From contig OZ024744.1 in NCBI GenBank assembly GCA_964016885.1, positions 50,964,001-51,028,000 on the forward strand: 64,000 nt of DNA, written 5' to 3'. The notes beneath the pieces were generated by a model. It saw only the letters and a list, made by a program, of their open reading frames with translations. It was not told the origin of the DNA and did no database searches. Below are positions 24,955 to 37,438 of the stretch, in pieces. Position numbers and translations under genes: made by a program. How positions within the stretch are numbered: position 1 is the stretch's first letter; every line of letters starts with the position of its first letter. This DNA is from Eledone cirrhosa. Lineage: Eukaryota.

Positions 24955-25330
24955 TATTCAATGTTATTACTATGTTATTACTGTATATTGTTACTGTGTT
25001 ATTACAGTATGTTATTACTGTGTTATTACTGTGTCATTACTGTATGTTATTACTGTGTTATTACTGTATGTTATTACTCTATGTTATTACTGTGTTATTA
25101 TTGTATATTGTTACTGTATGTTATTACTGTATGTTATTGCTGTGTTATTACTGTGTTATTACCGTATGTTATTACTGTCTTATTACTGTATTTTATTACT
25201 GTATGTTATTATTGTATGTTATTACTGTATTATTACTGTGTTATTACTGTATGTTATTACTGTGTTATTACTGTGTTGTTACTGTGTTGTTACTGTGTTG
25301 TTACTGTATGTTATTATTGTATGTTATTAA
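24955..25330. repeat. Minisatellite with 11-13-bp unit TGTTATTACTG(TA)
   Basis: Directly visible tandem array. Confidence 0.95.
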
Positions 25331-25470
25331 TCGATAATATTTCCGTATGTTACTGTTGCTGTCTATTGATTGAGTAAGGCTTAAATGACATAAGTAAACT
25401 CCCCTCTAGAAGCTTCCTTTAGCTGTGGTTTCGGTGTAGGTCTAACATTACTACTTTTTATTATTATTAT

Positions 25471-25658
25471 GGATTGGCAGTATCGGTAGAGGGTCGGACG
25501 CCATGATTTGCAGCATAGAGTTACGGCCCTTTATGATCTGAGTTCAAATCCCGCCGAGGTTAACTTTGCCTTTCATCCTTACGAGGTCGATAAAATAAAG
25601 TACCAGTAATACACTGGGTAATTGCTGGCCTTGTGCCAAAAGTAGAAACAATTATTAT
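25471..25658 (+). mobile_element. tRNA-derived SINE (same family as 18240-18423), flanked by ATT repeats
   Basis: A and B boxes, core and tail match; ttattattat upstream and attattat downstream. Confidence 0.9.
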
Positions 25659-26212
25659 GGTTGTTACATCACATAAAGTCCAACTATCTCTCACATTACT
25701 GACAGGAGCCTCTACAATTTCCGTTTCAGGTGGGATAATGAGAGGTGCCAACTGACGCGATTGATTGAAAAGTGTAAAGAAATCCCCGACCCCCACCAAA
25801 AAAATAGTTGGTATCAGAATGTTCCATAAACTGTAATTGTAAATTAACAGAAGATATATAAAAAAGAGTTTGGTTTATTAATTCAAATGGTTATAGTGTC
25901 ATTACTTGTGGAAATTTTACTTTGAACATTTTTAGTATTAAAGTAAAGACTTTAGTACTCAATGTAATGCAGTCATAGTGCTATTTTATACTGTTCAAGA
26001 ATACCTTGCTAATGTGGTTTAATGTGGTACAAGGTATAAATCTTTGCGTCAACACTAAATAATTCACTTTCATGTCATATGCTCAGAGACAAATGGTCAT
26101 TCTAGTAAAGCCATTCCATCTACAGTATTCATATCTGGTCTTCCATTTTTCCTGTCAGTTGTTTTGGATGACTTCCTTCTCCGAAGAAGTGTGCTAGCAG
26201 CCAAAGTGTATG

Positions 26213-26600
26213 ATAAAGTTATATCTGTATACATACAGAACGGGTATAAATATACTATACCAATGTGTATATAAATATACACATATTTAATATGTAGGTA
26301 TGTAAACATGCCAGAAAATACGAATTTCCTTGTAAATTGAAAAGAAATGATAAACACCTTTAACCGATTTTCGGACCTAATTGGGCCCTCTTCAGAAAGG
26401 TGTGTATATCGTCCAAACAATCACAAAGAAACATGTATTTGATGGGTTTACATAACCATTCGCTATTAGTATTATTCTGAAACCCATCAAATTCATATTT
26501 TCTGGCATGTTTACATTCATTTATATGAAATATATGTATATTTATATACACATTGATGCAGTCACGGTTACGCACTGTATTTATACAGAAGTAACTTCAT
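26213..26600. repeat. Imperfect inverted repeat (about 110-bp arms) enclosing a hammerhead motif
   Basis: caatgtgtatataaatatac..atgtaaacatgccagaaaatacgaattt (26261-26327) is mirrored at 26490-26555. Confidence 0.75.
26354..26403 (-). ncRNA. Minimal type I hammerhead ribozyme motif
   Basis: Reverse complement: acaccttt-CTGAAGA-gggcc(caatta)ggtcc-GAAA-atcgg-TT-aaaggtgt. Perfect 8-bp stem I, 5-bp stem II, weak stem III. Confidence 0.75.
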
Positions 26601-26638
26601 ATATATATATATATATGTGTGCGCGTGCGCGCACGCGC

Positions 26639-26721
<83 letters not shown>

Positions 26722-26998
26722 TGTGTGTGTGTGTGTGTATTCGTGACTACTATTACATTTGTGTCCGTGTCATCGTTGTTGTTCCTTAATTTAGTAATTC
26801 GACAAAAAAAAAAAAAAAAAAAAAAATATGGTGAATATGATTGACTAAATCAAGATGGTGCCCCTGCATGGCCGTTGTCCATTGACTGAAACCAAAATGC
26901 ATAGATACATATATATATATATACACATTTACATATACATATATATATACACACACTCACTCACACACACTTATATATACACACACACATATGTTATA

Positions 26999-27037
<39 letters not shown>

Positions 27038-27135
27038 TAACTTTGCCTTTCATCCTTACGGGGTCGATAAAATAAAGTACCAGTAATGTACTGGTTAATT
27101 GCTGGCCTTGTGCCTAAAGTAGAAACAATTACTAT
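27038..27135 (+). mobile_element. 3' half of the Nin/Deu-like SINE
   Basis: aactttgcctttcatccttacggggtcgataaaataaagtaccag...gtagaaacaatt. Confidence 0.88.
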
Positions 27136-28074
27136 TATATATATATATACATACAATTAAGTCAAAGATTCGTTATTTGTTTTTATATATACATATTTAT
27201 ATATATATACATATTTATATATATATACATATATATATATACATATATATATATATACATAGACATATATTATATTATATATATATATGTATATATATGT
27301 GTGTGTGTATGAGTTTGTGTGTGTGTGTGCGCGGGCGCGCGCACGTGTGTGTGTAATTGAAAGGAAGTGTAGTTGTGATTCGAACTAACATCAAATTGTG
27401 AGTCCACTACCACCATTCGGCGGCTTTTGTCAAAGAAATAAATCATTGTTGATGAATGAATAAATAGGTTTTACGTGTGAACAATAACAAGCTGAGCAGG
27501 TAGAAAGCAGCATGGTTGCTATTGTTATGTTACATGGGGGCCTTTATATATATTTTCTTCATATGCCCTCCTTGCCGGCAGAAAAAAAGGAAAATACATT
27601 ATTTTTTGGGACGGGAAGCAAAGCTTCTTTCTACTTCTGAAAAAGGGGGACCCACTGATTTATATTAGAGTTATTGTTATCCTCACTGACAACTCGTTTC
27701 AATTTATCTCTTTTAAAATAGACGTTTAAATTTTTCTTTTCTCTTAAAGCTTTCAAGCGGCTGTCAGAGGTTAACCAGCAACCTTTCTAAATGGTTGATT
27801 AATTTAGATATAAGACGAAGCTATGGTTGGTTTTATGTCGTAGAAACTGCCTAAGATCTTTCTTTAAACAATCTCCAATTATTAAAATCTATGTGTTTTA
27901 GTAAGAACAGGTTTTATGCTGTCGCAGAAGTAGCGGCCTGGTGGAAAATATTTATAAACAACATGGCGATCCTTCATTTTTGCATACACATCTAATGTAG
28001 AACAAAGAAGCGTTTTACTTAATTAATCTATTAAACATTATAGTTTTAATTATTATTATTATTATTATTATTAT

Positions 28075-31000
28075 TGTTCTTTGAGTCTCAGTCATTGATG
28101 TTAGTTAACTGGAAAGTTTGTTGAAATGAATATCAATGCCACTACCTGCAGCCTCAGATATTTAGGACGTATCGGAGGGTTTTTGCTGTTCACAGCAAAC
28201 ATGCCATTTGAAGTGTTCCAAAAAGCGGGGCGGGACCAATTTTCTTTAACCATCCCTGGAAACTTTTTGAGATAGTACCTAGTGCGCCTATGACAATCGG
28301 GACCACTTTGACTTCATGGCAGTTCCAAATCCTTTTTACTTCCCACTTTAAGTCCTGGTATCGGTTAATTTTCTTCCTCTCCTTCTCTTGCACTCTCGTG
28401 TCGAATGGACAGGCCACATCCACAATCAGGCACGATCTTTTTTCTTTGTCCAAAACCACCAGGTCAGGTCTATTGTGTTCCAGTTTCTTGTCCGTCTGTA
28501 TCCTAAAATCCCACAGCACCTTCACCTGATCGTTTTCTATCACCAACTCTGGCTTATGCTCATACCACTTCTCAGAATGTGGTAAATTGTTTACTTTGCA
28601 TAGGTGCCAGTGGATCACCCTGCCCATCACATCATCTCTCCAGCCTTTATAGAGAGTCTGGGCTAGGTGTTTACACTCGGATACAATGTGAGCCACAGTC
28701 TCCTCTCTCTCTCCACAGATTCTGCACAGTGGGCTAGCCTCCTCCTTGTAAATATGGTGTTTCAGCCACTTCGTTTTGAGGTCCTGCTCTTGCGCAGCCA
28801 TTAACTTTCCTTCTGTAGCCTTTTTAAGGTCTCCTCTTCTCAACCAGTCCCATGTCTGTGGATCTCTGAATTCCGTTTTCTCAAAGAAGGTACTATGAAG
28901 GGATTTTTCATAAAGGTTGCTCTTTCTCCTTGTTATTTCCTCCTTGGACATCCCCTGGTATATTGTCCTCTCCTTCATTACAATTCTGAGCATTTGCTCC
29001 TTACTATCGGTCACGTATTTGTGTAGGTTGTTTTTCTCCATCTGAACACAGTCCTCTATGCTAAGACCTCTTCCACCTTCAGATCTCCTTAAGTAGAGTC
29101 TATCGACATCACTCCTCTTGTGGAACATGTTGTAGGTAGTCAATAGCTTCCTAGTCTTCCTATCAATTTCTTTTTGTTCAGCAACATTCCATCTCAGAAT
29201 TCCCGCCCTGTACCTAATAATAGACACAGCTCGGGAATTTACTGCACTTATGGCATTTCTACTGTTCAGATGTGACTTTAATACGCTCCTTACTCTCCGA
29301 ATGTATTCAGATCTTATCAATTCTTTCATTTTTTTGTTCTTGATGTCGTCAGCCTCCAGAATACCCAAATACTTGTATCCTTCTTCAGTGTTAATTTCCT
29401 TTATCATCTCACCTGTTGGTACCTGGATTCCGTTGCTTCTGCTCAATTTACCCCTCTTCATCACAATGACTCCACACTTACTAATACCAAATTGCATACA
29501 TATATCATTGCTGAAAATACGGACAGTGTCAACAAGCACATCCAACTCCTTATCGCTCTTCCCGAAGAGCTTAAGATCGTCCATGAAGAGGAGGTGATTG
29601 ATGGTAATCTCTTCCTTTCCCAACTTGTATCCTGCTCTCACTTTTCGCAGTATAATGGTCAGGGGCATCTGGGCAAGGACAAACAACAGAGGGGACAGAC
29701 TATCTCCCTGGAACTTCATACTTTTGCCCAACAACTGTCTGATGTTATCTGCCACCTTGAAGATCTCTAGGCTTTTGGTGATCCAAGAATGAGGCACCAT
29801 GTCAAATGCCTTTTTGTAGTCTATCCATCCCATGGCAAGACCAGTGAGTCTCCTCTTGCAATTCCTCATTACCATCTTATCAATAAGTAACTGGTCCTTT
29901 GTACCACGGGACTTCTTTCGGCATCCTTTCTGTTCGTCCGGTAACAAGTTGTTTGTGTGGAGGTGATGGTAGATTTCCTCAGACACAATGCTTGTCAACA
30001 GTTTCCACATTACGGACAGACATGTGATAGGTCTATAGTTGGTAACATCATTACCCTTGGTTCGGTCTTTCATTACCAGAACTGTGGTACCTTTTGTCAA
30101 CCACTCTGGTACCTCACCTGACATCAAGCAGTCAGTGAACATGGTTGTCAGTTTCGGGTGGAGGGATGTTATATTTTTAATCCAATACCCCTGCACACCA
30201 TCTGGGCCTGGTGATTTCCAGTTGGTTAGTTTTTTGGCCTGCCCCTTAAGAGTTTCAACTGTGATACTCAAATCAGTTTGTTGGTGTGCCCGTTCACTAA
30301 TCTCCTTTTGTACTGTCTCAATCCACACTGCCTGGTCATTATGTTTAATATCCTGCTCCCATATTCCTCTCCAGAATGTCTTAGTTTGTTCCGCCTCAGG
30401 GATCAAGTCGTTGCATCTTTCTTTCCCTTCAAGCTGTCCAAACAACATCTTCTGGTTGTTGTCAAACATGCGGTTCTGTCTATACTGACTGACTCTGTTC
30501 TCGTATCGCCTGATTTTTGCACTCTTTGCTACAATGCGTTGCTTCCGTTCCTCTATGATAATATTTAGCCCTTTCCTCCTTGTTTTGTACTTTATTTCCA
30601 GTCTATTTTTAGTGTCTATGTTTTTTAGTGTCCCATTCAGTAGGGACTCAAGCTTTCCAATGTCATTTCTCATTTCCCTGATTTGACCATTCAGTCGTTT
30701 CTTCCACCAAGCTGCTGATCTTTCTTGTTTGTTGTTTCCTCTCGCTTTTATGCCAAGTAATTTCCTCATCGCATTTGCTGTTGCTTTGAGGATATTGTTG
30801 CACTGGTGAAGGCTCCTCGCCTCAAGGTATGGGATGACTTTGTTTACCTTGGCTGTTGTTTCTTTTAACTTTTTCCTGTCTACAAATCTTAGGTTCATAG
30901 GTTTCTCACTATCATTGTTCATTTCATCTACCACTAAGTTTAGGATATCAACCAAATCTTGTCCTAGCCCGTCAGCATTCATCTCCTCAATGGCCGTATC

Positions 31001-31590
31001 TTTGTTCTAGGTATTATTTATTTCAGCATTCAGATCATTGTCTGCTTCGAATGGTTCCTCCGTTCTCTCAACCTCTTCACCTTCATTTACCACTGGCTCG
31101 TTTGCCTGGCATACTCCACTCTCCATTTCCAACCTAATCTCTCTGCCCAGTTCCTCCAGTTCCAGCTCGCTTATCCACCTATTAGTTCTTATTACCCGAG
31201 CCTGCCCGGCCAATTTTTGTTCATCTAATGTAAATAGACCAATCTCGTTCCAGATGTTATGCATCCGTTTCCTATAGCCTTTTTCCTTGGGGTTACTCTT
31301 CAGGTAACATTGCATAACAGTTCTGTTCAATTCTTTCGTCCAGTTGGTTCTGGTCCCTTTCCTTCTTCTTCCACCGACACCAACAGTATTTGGTTGACAC
31401 CCAGGACCCTGCTCGGTGAGAGTCTGTCACATGACATTCCAGTCTCCACTTCACCGTTATTCGAACTGTTTAGGTTCGACATTGAAACACTCTTATCGAG
31501 GATTGGTGAATGTATGGTTACATAACCACCGGTGATTTCATCACCCTCGGTGATTTTAGCGTGGCACTATCACGCTGTAGACGAACATAA
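28075..31590 (-). mobile_element. Near full-length R4/Dong-clade LINE
   Basis: Putative ATG at 31482. N-terminal W..ELNRTVMQCY..S.P..GYRKRM..IW block, RT and RLE. One frameshift, one in-frame stop (31007-31009) and a 22-aa deletion in RT. 3' end abuts (TAA)n at 28050-28075. Confidence 0.93.
28190..30982 (-). pseudogene. R4/Dong single ORF (RT, CCHC, RLE), disrupted
   Basis: 930-aa frame in phase with 31007-31330; lacks SWETELT..KIKRGI before FQGDS; premature stop near the C-terminus. Confidence 0.88.
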
Positions 31591-31850
31591 ATAAACAAAC
31601 AAACAAATAGGTAAAAACCCAAACAAATAAGCATAAGTTTCATTGTAATGTAATGTTTGAATGTCTGACTTAGTTTTTTTGCTTATCTGTCTGTCTGTTT
31701 GCTTTTCTTTTCTTTTCTTTACGTTTTTCGTTGCTGCTCTGCTGTTTTGATTTTGATTTTTGACTTTTTGATTTTTTGACCGGGTCATCAAATCAGTCTA
31801 TTTATATCTTTTGATGCCTTCCTCTTTTAGTGGGAATACTATGATGCCTG

Positions 31851-32000
31851 TCTTAGCAGGAGGTAGTGGGAGAGAATAGCGGCGGTAGCGATAATGAGGC
31901 AGTGGTGGTGGTGGTGATGTGCTAGTACTACTTAGCAGGAGGTAGTGGGAGAGAATAGCGGCGGTAGCGATAATGAGGCAGTGGTGGTGGTGATGTGATC
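31851..32000. repeat. Tandem duplication of about 79 bp
   Basis: cttagcaggaggtagtgggagagaatagcggcggtagcgataatgaggcagtggtgg occurs twice. Confidence 0.9.
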
Positions 32001-32119
32001 GTAATACTGTAGTGATGGTGTTAAAGTTGAAGTAGAAATAGAAGTTGAGGTAACTTGACTAGAGTTTTTGGCGTGGTAGTGGTGATGGTGGTGGTGTTGG
32101 TGGTGAAATTATTTGCCTA

Positions 32120-35100
32120 TCTGTCCACTTAGCCATTTTCTCTTTTTCGACTATAACATTTCTGATCCAAAATTAAATATTAAATATTGGGGCCCAATGC
32201 CGTAATGTGATGCGTTGTCGCCTGCTGAGGGCCAAAATGGTAATCTTATATTTCATTTGTAATAAGAGTTATTCTATAACAGTTGTTTTAAATAAGTAAA
32301 AATCAAAAACTTACGGGAGCGATTCCATAACGATATATATCCACCATGTGCGTTTCCTTCCCTTTAGCGGTAAAGTCGAGAACGACAATAACAAAAATAA
32401 CAGCGGTAAAGTCGAGAACGACAATAACAAAAATAACAGCGGTAAGGTCGAGAACGACAATAACAATGACAATAACAACAGCCACAACAACAATAATAGT
32501 AGGAACAGTATCAACAAAAACAACAATAATAACAATAGCCACAATAACAGTATCAACAGCAACAGTATCAACGAAAACAACAACAACAGCAACACCAACA
32601 ACTGTACCGACGAAAACATCAACAATGACACCGATACCTGTAGCAGCGATCTCAGCACCACCAGCAAAACCAGTAGCGGCAGCAATAGTGGTGCTGCTGA
32701 AAAAGGGACCACTTCTTTTGCAGGTGTCGCCCGAAATATCGAGACAGTGTTAGTCACAGAGGAGGAGATGGCAGTCGCAAGCGCTATGGTGACAAGAAGC
32801 GCAAATAGAGTTTCCCTGAAACCTCCACCCGAGAATCGAGAACAGGGCGACCATGCTGCAAGTAGAGAAAATAGGGAGAGAGAACTGGTCAGGTATACGC
32901 ATGCAAATGCTTATACAAACTGACCAGGAATGTATCGACGCTATCCCCTATAAGTGTAGAAGGAACATGGCCAAAATGTTATCTCTGTGGGTCGAAGGGT
33001 CACCTCAGGGCCTTTTGCCATCAGAAGACAGCGAAGAAGGCCCCTCTCCTTCCAATACCTGGTCCGCGGCTACCAAGAGCAGGGCAGACAACAAACGAAG
33101 AAGCCCCTTCCACGGTGTGTAGGAGGGCAACGTCCGTAGCACCCGTACCAAGGCCACGGACAACTAAAGCATCATCATCAGTAACGGCAACACCAATAGA
33201 TCCATTTGAAGTAGCTACACCAGCAACAAAATTGCCGAAGAGGGCTCCACTACTACCACCAACAACCGTGGAGCACATACCCCTCCCAGATGCCACAGAA
33301 TCCGACATGGAGTTTGAGGCGGGAGTAACGTGGCAAACAGTCTGCCACAAAAAAGAAAAAAGAAAAAAACCCTTAGATTCACCCTCCAAAAGCGAAGGCA
33401 TACAAAGAGGGGTAAAGGCAGCAAGGAAACTTGCAGCAACACCACCACCATCACCACCACAAACACCAACAACGCAAACACAACAAGACACACACACCGA
33501 ACAGCAACAAGAAGAAAACAGCAACAAAATCACCCCTCCCCCCAAAAAGTACACAGCCATAAACATGGCAAAAAAAGAACTCATACATTATATAAAGCAG
33601 CACACAGACACCACAGAAAAAAACTACTACACCCCACCAACACCAAGAACTCTCCCGACAAACATAAGCGTCATCGAAATCTCAATAGAACAGTACAAAC
33701 CTTTAAAACAAAAATTCCCCAACGCAGTTGGAGACTTCAGATGGTTGGTTACCAAGAGGATATACACTGACATCCTCTTGGAAACACCCATGATCAGCGA
33801 AAGGGACGGTTCTACTGTCCCTTCACCACACGAACAAGGTAAGTGACCCTTTCTCACTTGCCCCGTTTCTCATCCAGCATGGCTGTACTCAGAATAGGCA
33901 GTATAAATGCACGTGGCCTGGGGTCATCTTGGAAGCAGGGTCACCTGCTCAATGACCTCAGGTCACTAAACATAGATGTGGTGGCCATCAGTGAAACCAG
34001 AATCTCCGAAGCACAAGCCTTCGCACCGATCTTTGGCGGCTACGATGTATACGCATCTCCCAGCGGTCCAGGATCGGGGGGAGGGGTTGCCGTCCTTTTT
34101 CGGAGAGGCTTGGATCTCGCGATACGGGCCATCTTCCTAGACCCAGAAGGTAAGTCGGTGGTGCTAGACGTGACCGGCAGCGAAGGCAATGCTTTCAGGC
34201 TAGTAGCCGTCTACGCCCCAACAGGGGCAGAACGGCCAGATTTCTTCAGACGTCTAGAGTCCTTTCTTGGAACGTCCCGCTCTTTAGTGTTAGTGGGCGA
34301 CTGGAACGGTATCTTGGATGCACGCTGGGATCGTGTGGGGCTAGTGGATAGGGGAGGAGGGTGCAAGAGCCTCACCAACCTGCTCAGACGTTTTGAACTG
34401 TCTGACAGGTATCGACTGGATCACCCGAATGTGCCAATGTGGACATGGACAAACCGCATCGGGTCATCCAGATCGTATCTCGATAGGGTATTCTGCAGAG
34501 AACTAGATAAGGCTAGTATAAGTTGTCCACAATTTAAAATAGTCGACTACACAGACCACAAATTTGTGATCTGTGAGATCGACATAGACAGACTTCATAG
34601 ACAAGGGCCTGGTTACTGGAAGCTGAACGCGTCTTTCCCGGCGCGCAAAGCCTACAGAGACCGGATTAGCGTATTAGTTAAGCGGGCGTTGACGAGAGCG
34701 GTTGTCAACAACAGGTGGTGGTTCGCCCTGAAAAGGGCAATTAAAGTAGAGTCGATTATGTTTAGCAAAGGAGTAGTGATAGATGAAAATAGAGTAGAGG
34801 GAGAGCTAGTCAGAAAGCTAGAAGAGGCGTTTAGGACAGGCATCGCAACCGACGTGCTTGCGGCGAGATTGGCACTCGACCAATTCTTCAACGCAAAACA
34901 CGAAGGCTACGTTGTCAGAGCTAGAGCGCGTGCTCTGAAACACGAGGGGACAAAAGCCGTCCAATGAGCCCGGGTGGCAGAGGCGTGACGTGGCAACAAA
35001 GCCACAATTCGGTCTTTGTCTGATCAAAACGGGTGCGTCATGCTCGAACCCGAGCGGATATGTGAAGCTTTTCAGCAGCACTTTGCTGAACTGTTCGGGA

Positions 35101-37411
35101 GCGGCGGCCGCCCGGATCGGGGCATGGACTTCAGTGCATACTTCGACGGACTGCCTCGGCTCTCGACGACCGAAGCACAGTGTTGCGAAAAGCCAATAAC
35201 AGCCGGTGAAATACGGGAAGCGATGACTAACTGCATGAGGGGTAAATCGCCAGGTTTAGATGGTCTGCCCTACGAGCTTTATGCATTTATGCCAGACTTG
35301 TTCGGTGACCTCTTGACAGGCGTCTACTGCAACTGGCAGCAGAACGGGATCATTCCCAGTTTTGTGAGCCGGAAAGCAGTGGCGCTGCTGAGAAAAGACC
35401 CGAACAAGGGGGATGTTATCGATAATTTCAGGCCCATAACTCTGCTAAACGCAGAGTTCAAGATTTTGGCCAAGGTGTTAGCAACGAGGTTGGCGCTGTC
35501 GTCAAGGGTCTGGTGGGAGAGGTGCAGACATCCGCCATTCCGGACAGGTCCATACACGACAACCTCCACCTCATGTGATACATCATAGAGAGGGTGGTTA
35601 AGGAACCTGGCAAGGGTGGGGCCCTGATCAACTTGGATCAATCCAAAGCATTCGATAGGGTCGACCATCGGTACCTGGCGGCGGTCCTCGAGGCAGCCGG
35701 TTTCGGGCCCGTTTTCAGGAGTTGGATCGCAGCAATGTACAGCGACATCTGCTCAGTTGTGAGGGTGAACGGTCACCTGTCGCAGCCGTTCAGCATCATG
35801 CGCTCAGTCCGCCAGGGTTGTCCCCTCTCATGCCTCTTGTACGTATTGCCTCTCGAGCCGTTACTGCACAAACTGGGGACGATGAGGGGCGTCCCACGCG
35901 AACTAGGATGCGGGAAATCCGAGTCGGCTTACGCTGACGACGTCACCGTGGTGGTGTCGAGCACCAGACACGTCCAGATGCTCGGCACCGCTCTCAAGGA
36001 ATACGAAGCGGTGACAGGAGCAAAGATAAACCAGGAAAAGTCGGTAGGCTTGCAGCTCGGCACCTGGAGAGGCAAGTCCATGTCGTCCGACAGAGTCGTG
36101 GGGCGTTGGACGGACGGACCGGTTAAATTGCTCGGGGTCTGGTTCGGACCGGACCTCCAGGTGGAGAAAAACTGGAACGAGGTGACGAGCAGGGTGGCCT
36201 CCCTCACCCAGAAATGGGCTGAGAGGAAGCTGTCCCTGAAAGGCCGGGCGGATGTGGCGAATGCATACATCGCATCCGTCATCTGCTACCGCCTCACCGT
36301 TGTCCCTTGCTCCAGCCCAACTCTCACCAAAATGGAGCGCATCCCCTTCCGCTTTTTGTGGAAGGGACGCGCTCCCATGGTCAGACGATCCATCTGCTGT
36401 CAACACCCATTGCGTGGAGGACTGGGCATGCCATAGCTGATGATGCGCAAACATGCGCTGAGGCTGCGACATCTCTTGTGCTTCCTTGACGGTGAACAGG
36501 TGTGGTCGCCGTTCGCCAGGCACGCTTTCCCACAGCTCGTCTCCTTGACGGAGCTGCAGTCCTGGGTCAGAAAAAGACCGAGGGATAGCGCTTGGAAACT
36601 GGAATGTCTCCAGGCGCTCACTGCCCTCTCCCAGCTGGACACCAGTATCGGTGGAACATCCACCTCGACGTTCTATAGAGGACTAGTGGAGGGGAAGAGC
36701 GACGACATTCTCGGAGATATCCTGGGCGTCGAAGAAGATCAGCTGTTTGCTCTCTTCCGGAGAACTTTCAGCCCGGGGCCTATGGATAACTTCCAAAAAT
36801 CCCTGGCCTGGCAGTGTTACCGGGGAGCGCTGCCGGTTCGAGATAAGCTCTACAAGCACGGAAGTGCCGTCAGCCGAGCCTGTCCGAGATGCGCGCAGAG
36901 CGACGAAACCGTTGTGGACAAGGTTAAAAGGGTTAAAGACAGACACTTTCCTCTTCGGCGAATCCCTAATTAACTTTTTCAAGTTTCACTTGAAGAGGAA
37001 AATCAGGGTGGAGAGGCAAGTGCTGCTTTCTAACAAGTTTGTTGAAAGGTGGGTGAATGTAGCGAGAATGGTCCGAGTGAACGGGACCGCTCTGAATATA
37101 CGTCTGTAGTTTGAGAGATGGAAAAATTGAGAGAGGGCGCTTGCCCTGGTGGTCAGGGTGGACGTGGCCTTTTGTGTGGTTTTCGCCACGAGTAACCCTC
37201 GGAGGTTTCCCCCCTATTGGGGTATTTTTCATTGTTTCAATTTTCATTTTTATTGTTTATATATATATGTTTCTATGTCCTTTTTTTTTCTTCTTTTCTT
37301 ATATAAATAATAAAAATATTTACACGCACAAAACCCACATCGTACCGCCCTGTACCGTCCTGTGCCGTCTGTAATGTTTTTCTTGATGTCAGCCCTTTCT
37401 TGATGTCAGCC
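32120..37411 (+). mobile_element. Near full-length Tx1-clade LINE (family B1) followed by (ATT)n; 5' boundary uncertain
   Basis: ORF1 remnants 32346-33846 (three 36-bp repeats, low-complexity N-terminus). ORF2 from ATG 33879 (GSINARGL, ISET, YAPT, GDWN, LDR, TDH) through RT (AYADD) to the stop at 37109, with stops and frameshifts. Confidence 0.92.
33879..37109 (+). pseudogene. Tx1 ORF2 (APE endonuclease, RT, zinc finger), disrupted
   Basis: ORF pieces 33843-34967, 35016-35588, 35594-36436, 36440-36973 and 36747-37109 tile one polyprotein. Confidence 0.9.
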
Positions 37412-37438
37412 ATTATTATTATTATTATTATTATTATT

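Noticed and set aside
24869-25377. Cys/Tyr/Leu-rich ORFs
   Set aside because: Minisatellite translation.
25471-25560. tRNA gene
   Set aside because: A and B boxes are present but continue into a SINE core and tail; no full cloverleaf.
33839-33877. 39-nt GT..CAG mini-intron fusing ORF1 to ORF2
   Set aside because: Very short, would be out of frame, and family B2 has no acceptor AG at the equivalent place.
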